This document shows positions 60,448 through 64,000 of a stretch of 64,000 bases of DNA, in pieces. Under the pieces are notes generated by a model that was not told the origin of the DNA, did not search any database, and was given only the letters and a program-made list of their open reading frames with translations. This stretch comes from Caulobacteraceae bacterium (GTDB lineage Bacteria > Pseudomonadota > Alphaproteobacteria > Caulobacterales > Caulobacteraceae). Positions within the stretch are counted from its first letter, which is position 1; every line of letters starts with the position of its first letter. Location of the stretch: the NCBI GenBank assembly GCA_965283745.1, contig CBDIPM010000011.1:151-64150 (forward strand), in the 5' to 3' direction. Made by a program: the position numbers and the translations under genes.

Positions 60448-60524
60448 GGGGACATGCACTTCAGTGCGTGTCCCCCGCCGCTTCAAGCTGATGGGGACAC
60501 GTACCGAAGACGGTACATGTCTCC
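60448..60524. repeat. Tandem pair of GGGGACA..TGTCCCC hairpins (REP doublet, family D)
   Basis: ggggacatgcact-tc-agtgcgtgtcccc and ggggacacgtaccg-aaga-cggtacatgtctcc. Confidence 0.65.
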
Positions 60525-60539
60525 GATCGGGGTAACCCC

Positions 60540-61022
60540 GTGACCGACGTCTTCACCCCCGAGAAGCGCTCCTCCGTCATGCGGCGGGTCAAGGGGCGCG
60601 ACACCGGGCCGGAGAAGACCGTCCGCCGTCTGCTGACCGCGCTGGGCGTCCGCTACCGCCTGCATCGCAAGGACCTGCCCGGCAAGCCGGACATCGTCAT
60701 GCCGGGGCGGCGGCTGGCGCTGTTCGTCCACGGCTGCTTCTGGCACGGCCACGACTGCCCGCGCGGCGCGCGCGTGCCCAAGCAGAACCGCGACTACTGG
60801 CTGGGGAAGGTGGGCCGCAACCGTGAGCGGGACGCCGCGTCGACGGCGGCGCTCGAGACGGCGGGTTGGCGGGTCGCAGTGGTCTGGGAATGTGAACTGA
60901 AGGACGAGGCGGGGCTGGGGGAGCGGCTCGCGCAGCTTCTCAACGATACCGTTTCCCCGGCGAAGGCCGGGGCCCACGCGGCCTCACCGCCCCTCGAAAG
61001 GGAGCCCGCTCGCCCGGAGTAG
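60540..61022 (+). CDS. vsr: Very-short-patch repair endonuclease
   Basis: RS.VM.RV..RDT.PE, LPGKPDIV, FVHGCFWHGH, GWRVAVVWECE. Confidence 0.95.
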   Translation: MTDVFTPEKRSSVMRRVKGRDTGPEKTVRRLLTALGVRYRLHRKDLPGKPDIVMPGRRLALFVHGCFWHGHDCPRGARVPKQNRDYWLGKVGRNRERDAASTAALETAGWRVAVVWECELKDEAGLGERLAQLLNDTVSPAKAGAHAASPPLEREPARPE

Positions 61023-61052
61023 CCATGGATCCCGGCCTCCGCCGGGACACGG
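60950..61052. repeat. REP-like element (family B) overlapping the vsr 3' end
   Basis: ccccggcgaaggccggggccca .. tggatcccggcctccgccgggacac. Confidence 0.8.
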
Positions 61053-61059
61053 CAAGAGT

Positions 61060-62799
61060 TCAGGCCGCTTCCACTTCCCGCGCCGGCATCCCCGACAGCG
61101 CCGCTTCCAGCGCGGCATACAGCTGCGCAGGCTCAATCGGCTTGGCGACATGCCCGGTCATGCCGGCGGCGCGGCAGGCCTCCCAGTCGCGCTCGGTGGC
61201 CGAGGCGGTGATGGCGATGATCGGGACGGTCTGGTTGGGTCCGGGTTCGGCGCGCAACCGCCGGGTCGCCTCGCGGCCGTCCATGTCCGGCATGTAGACG
61301 TCCATCAGCACCACGTCGAAGGGCTCGCGGGCCAGCAGCTCCAGCCCCTCCTCGGCCGAGGCGGCGGTCACCGGCGTGATGCCGAGCGGAGCCAGCACCA
61401 GAGTCAGGGCCTGGCGGTTGACGGCGTGGTCGTCGACGACCAGCACCCGGGCTTCGACCGGCTCGGGCGGGGCCACGGGCGCGGCGGCCTGTGCGGCCGG
61501 CAGGGTCAGGTTCAGGGTGAAGGCCGCGCCCTCGCCGGGCGCGCTGGTCGCGGTCAGGTCGCCGCCCATCAGGCGGGCCAGCTCGCGGCTGATCGCCAGG
61601 CCCAGGCCCGAGCCGCCATGCTTGCGCGCGGCGCCGGCCTCGAGCTGCTCGAAGGGCATGAACAGGCGGTCGACCTTCTCGGGCGTCATGCCCGGGCCGG
61701 TGTCGGCCACGCACAGCGACACGGACCAGCCGCCGGGCGCCGGGGCGCAGTCGATCTTCACCGTCACCGATCCGCTGTCTGTGAACTTGATGGCGTTGGA
61801 CAGCAGGTTGTTGAGCACCTGGTTCAGGCGCGTCGGATCGCCGACCACCCGGCCCGGCAGGGCGTGGGCGCCCTCGATGCGCATCCGCAGACCCTTCTCG
61901 CGCGCCTGCGGCCGCCACATCTTCAGGGCGTTGCTGACGGTCCCGCGCAGGTCGAAGGGGATGGCCTCCACCTCCATACGGCCGACCTCGATCTTGGACA
62001 GGTCCAGAAGGTCGTCCAGCAGCGCGCGCATCATCTGGCCGGCGTGACCGATCAGCCGGGCCGGGGCGCGCGCTGAGGCGCCGCCGTTGCGCTCCAGCTC
62101 GGCGGCGCCGGCCAGAATGGCGCTGATCGGGGTGCGCAGCTCGTGGCTGATGGCGGCGACATAGGCGCTCTTGGCTTCGACGGCGGCCTCGGCCTCGGCG
62201 CGGCGACGTTCCGCCTCGGCCTTGGCGCGGTCCTCGGCGCGGCGGGCTTCCTCGGTGGTGATCCAGGCGCCGATGATGTTGAGCATGATCAGGCCGGTGG
62301 CGATCATCATCGTCGTCAGCAGCGGGCTCGACACCCGGCCGACATCCATCAGCGGCATGGCCAGCAGGAACAGGCCATAGGGCACGGCCGAAGCGGCGAA
62401 GGCGATCCGCGAGCCGCGGCTCAGCGCGATGACATTGGTCATTGCCCCGGCGATCACCGAGACGCCCAGCGCCGGACCATAGAGGCCAGCATGGCTCCAC
62501 ATCACCATACCCAGGCCGCCGAACACCAGGGCGCTGGGCATGAACAGGACGATGGCGACGTTCGCGGCAGTCGCGGCGTTGTCCAGCGGCCTGGCCAGCA
62601 GGCGCGGCCCGATCCAGGTCTCGACCAGCTGCACCACCAGATAGACAGCGGCCCAGAGCCACATCGCCGGCCAGCCCATGGCGGCGTGCAGACCGCCGGC
62701 GATCAGGACGGACGTGATCATCCGCGATGGCAGGTGGCGCCGACGCGCCCGCACCGCCGCCCGCAGACCGAAACTGTCCTCCGCCTCGCTCATCGCCAT
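61060..62799 (-). CDS. Membrane-bound hybrid histidine kinase/response regulator
   Basis: About 6 TM segments, ISHELRTP, NLLSNAIKFT, DTGPG, GSGLGL, VLMDVYMP..KP. Confidence 0.92.
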   Translation of the reverse strand: MAMSEAEDSFGLRAAVRARRRHLPSRMITSVLIAGGLHAAMGWPAMWLWAAVYLVVQLVETWIGPRLLARPLDNAATAANVAIVLFMPSALVFGGLGMVMWSHAGLYGPALGVSVIAGAMTNVIALSRGSRIAFAASAVPYGLFLLAMPLMDVGRVSSPLLTTMMIATGLIMLNIIGAWITTEEARRAEDRAKAEAERRRAEAEAAVEAKSAYVAAISHELRTPISAILAGAAELERNGGASARAPARLIGHAGQMMRALLDDLLDLSKIEVGRMEVEAIPFDLRGTVSNALKMWRPQAREKGLRMRIEGAHALPGRVVGDPTRLNQVLNNLLSNAIKFTDSGSVTVKIDCAPAPGGWSVSLCVADTGPGMTPEKVDRLFMPFEQLEAGAARKHGGSGLGLAISRELARLMGGDLTATSAPGEGAAFTLNLTLPAAQAAAPVAPPEPVEARVLVVDDHAVNRQALTLVLAPLGITPVTAASAEEGLELLAREPFDVVLMDVYMPDMDGREATRRLRAEPGPNQTVPIIAITASATERDWEACRAAGMTGHVAKPIEPAQLYAALEAALSGMPAREVEAA

Positions 62800-62925
62800 C
62801 GCCGTTCCCGTTCTTTCGGTGACGATGCGGCAGGCGTTCCTAAGACTCAGTGAAAGAACGCCGGTACGGCCCATTTTGGGTTGTAGCCGGCGGCGGAGCA
62901 CCCGCCCGGCGAAGGCCGGCCGGCC

Positions 62926-63390
62926 TCAAGGCGCCTCGACGACCACCTCGGTCTTCACCGAGTTGGCGATGAAACAGTCCTCGTGGGCGGCGTGGTGGAG
63001 GGCGTCCAGCGCCGCTGTGTCAGGCGCGGCGCCGTCGAACACGATCAGGGGACGGAGCGTGACCTTTGTCACGGCGATCCTGCCCTCGGGGGTCTTGCGC
63101 ATGACACCCCGCGCCTCGTCGCGATAGCTGGCGACGACGAACCCGGCCTCGCGCGCCTTATGCAGGAAGGTCAGCATGTGGCAGTTACTCAGCGCCGCCA
63201 CGAGCATCTCCTCGGGGTCCACGGCCGCCGGATCCGACCACGGAACCGGCACCACGCTGGGCGACGGCGAGCCGGGGATGGTCACCCCGCCGTCGAAGGC
63301 GACGGTGTGGGCGCGGCTGTAGCGGCCCTTGAGGAAGTCCTCGGGCTCGGCGGTGAGCGACCAGTCGATGGTGGCGACGTAGTGGGACAT
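62926..63390 (-). CDS. OsmC/Ohr family protein
   Basis: YSRAH, DPEEMLVAALSNCHML, AHEDCFIANSV. Confidence 0.92.
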   Translation of the reverse strand: MSHYVATIDWSLTAEPEDFLKGRYSRAHTVAFDGGVTIPGSPSPSVVPVPWSDPAAVDPEEMLVAALSNCHMLTFLHKAREAGFVVASYRDEARGVMRKTPEGRIAVTKVTLRPLIVFDGAAPDTAALDALHHAAHEDCFIANSVKTEVVVEAP

Positions 63391-63772
63391 CAGGTCTCGC
63401 TCTTCGGGAAGCTGGCGGCCTCCAGCTTCGCCCCGTCGGGGTCGAGGATGAAGGCGCCGTAGTAGCCGGTCATGGCCGCTGAACGGGGACCGGGCGCCCG
63501 GCGTCGGCCCCGCCCTGGTCCAGCGCGGCGGCGTGAAAGGCGTCGACGGCTTCCTGGCTCGCGGCCCGCAGGCAGGCGTGATGTCCGGTGTCCGGATCGG
63601 CGCGGGTCATCCCCGGTCTGTGGTTGATCCACACCTCCGGATAGCGCTTGCCAAAGCCCACGGTCCCCGGACGCTCGACCAGCCGGCGGTAGCCCAGCGG
63701 CGCCAGCACGGCCTCGTAGAAGGCCGCACTGCGGGCCAGGTCGCTGACCGCGATGGAGAGGTGGTCGATCAT
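63390..63772 (-). CDS. VOC/glyoxalase family protein; apparent frameshift ~63494
   Basis: MIDHLSIAVSDLARS..FY, HACL, DAG|APGPR, YYGAFILDPDG.KLEA. Confidence 0.88.
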
Positions 63773-63780
63773 GAAGCCCC

Positions 63781-63888
63781 GACTTTCGCCGGATTCTGCG
63801 CGATTTGGCCAGACTCGCCGGATTTGGTCAGAACTGGCGGACTTTTCGCCGGATTTCGCCGGATATCTCGTCGGATCTGGCGGCGAAA
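63781..63888. repeat. Degenerate ~10-bp tandem repeat tract (consensus TTTCGCCGGA)
   Basis: tttcgccgga ttctgcgcga tttggccaga ctcgccgga tttggtcaga actggcggact tttcgccgga tttcgccgga tatctcgtcgga tctggcggcga. Confidence 0.7.
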
Positions 63889-63895
63889 CTCCGAC

Positions 63896-64000
63896 CTACA
63901 GCGTCCTGGCGATCAGCACCTTCATGACCTCGTTGGCGCCGCCGTAGATCCGCTGAACGCGGCTGTCGCGGTACATCCGGGCGATCGGGTACTCGGCCAT
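63896..64000 (-). CDS. Acyl-CoA dehydrogenase, C-terminal fragment (gene continues beyond the window)
   Basis: EYPIARMYRDSRVQRIYGGANEVMKVLIARTL*. Confidence 0.88.
   Translation of the reverse strand: MAEYPIARMYRDSRVQRIYGGANEVMKVLIARTL

Noticed and set aside
58285-61022. Type II restriction-modification or defence island
   Set aside because: No restriction endonuclease, no compositional anomaly, no mobility genes; the flanks are housekeeping genes.
62901-62922. Additional family B REP copy (cccggcgaaggccgg)
   Set aside because: Only ~15 bp match and no second arm; too short to call.
62960-62966. GAGTTGG in osmC as another GANTC miscall
   Set aside because: It encodes part of CFIANSV, where Asn is the expected residue in this family.

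Overview
GC-rich core-chromosome segment of an alphaproteobacterium. Gene content and order point to Caulobacteraceae (Caulobacter/Phenylobacterium-like); this assignment is an inference. About 60 CDSs: an Oar-type TonB-dependent receptor (partial), GT39 glycosyltransferase, msrA, scoAB, a Kef antiporter, ompA, a 2OG-Fe(II) oxygenase, two hybrid kinases, two tandem Tad/VWA (CpaL-like) genes, an AraC-desaturase pair, an M2 peptidase, mtgA, a Zur-boxed metal module, rplU-rpmA-obgE-proBA-nadD-rsfS-rlmH-envC-like-ctpA-rppH, gdx with a guanidine-II riboswitch, atpHAGDC, lemA with three TPM genes, fatty-acyl catabolism genes, and an orphan C5 DNA methyltransferase-cysK-vsr cluster. No rRNA, tRNA, CRISPR array, transposase, integrase or phage gene was seen. 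At least 11 genes, including atpG, carry small indels, and several conserved codons show a GANTCGG>GANTTGG change. Both look like long-read consensus errors, and the second may be a footprint of CcrM methylation. The most notable observations are: two alternative Tad tip-adhesin paralogs (with and without a beta-rich insert); REP-type palindromes translated in frame inside a TPM leader and the Vsr C-terminus; three GANTC sites on the likely leaderless promoter of the C5 methyltransferase; a hydrolase with a histone-H1-like tail; a structured leader upstream of a small secreted protein; an unannotated 43-aa membrane ORF behind a SigT-like promoter; and a 10-bp-periodic repeat tract. Family assignments come from recognised motifs; no database search was run.
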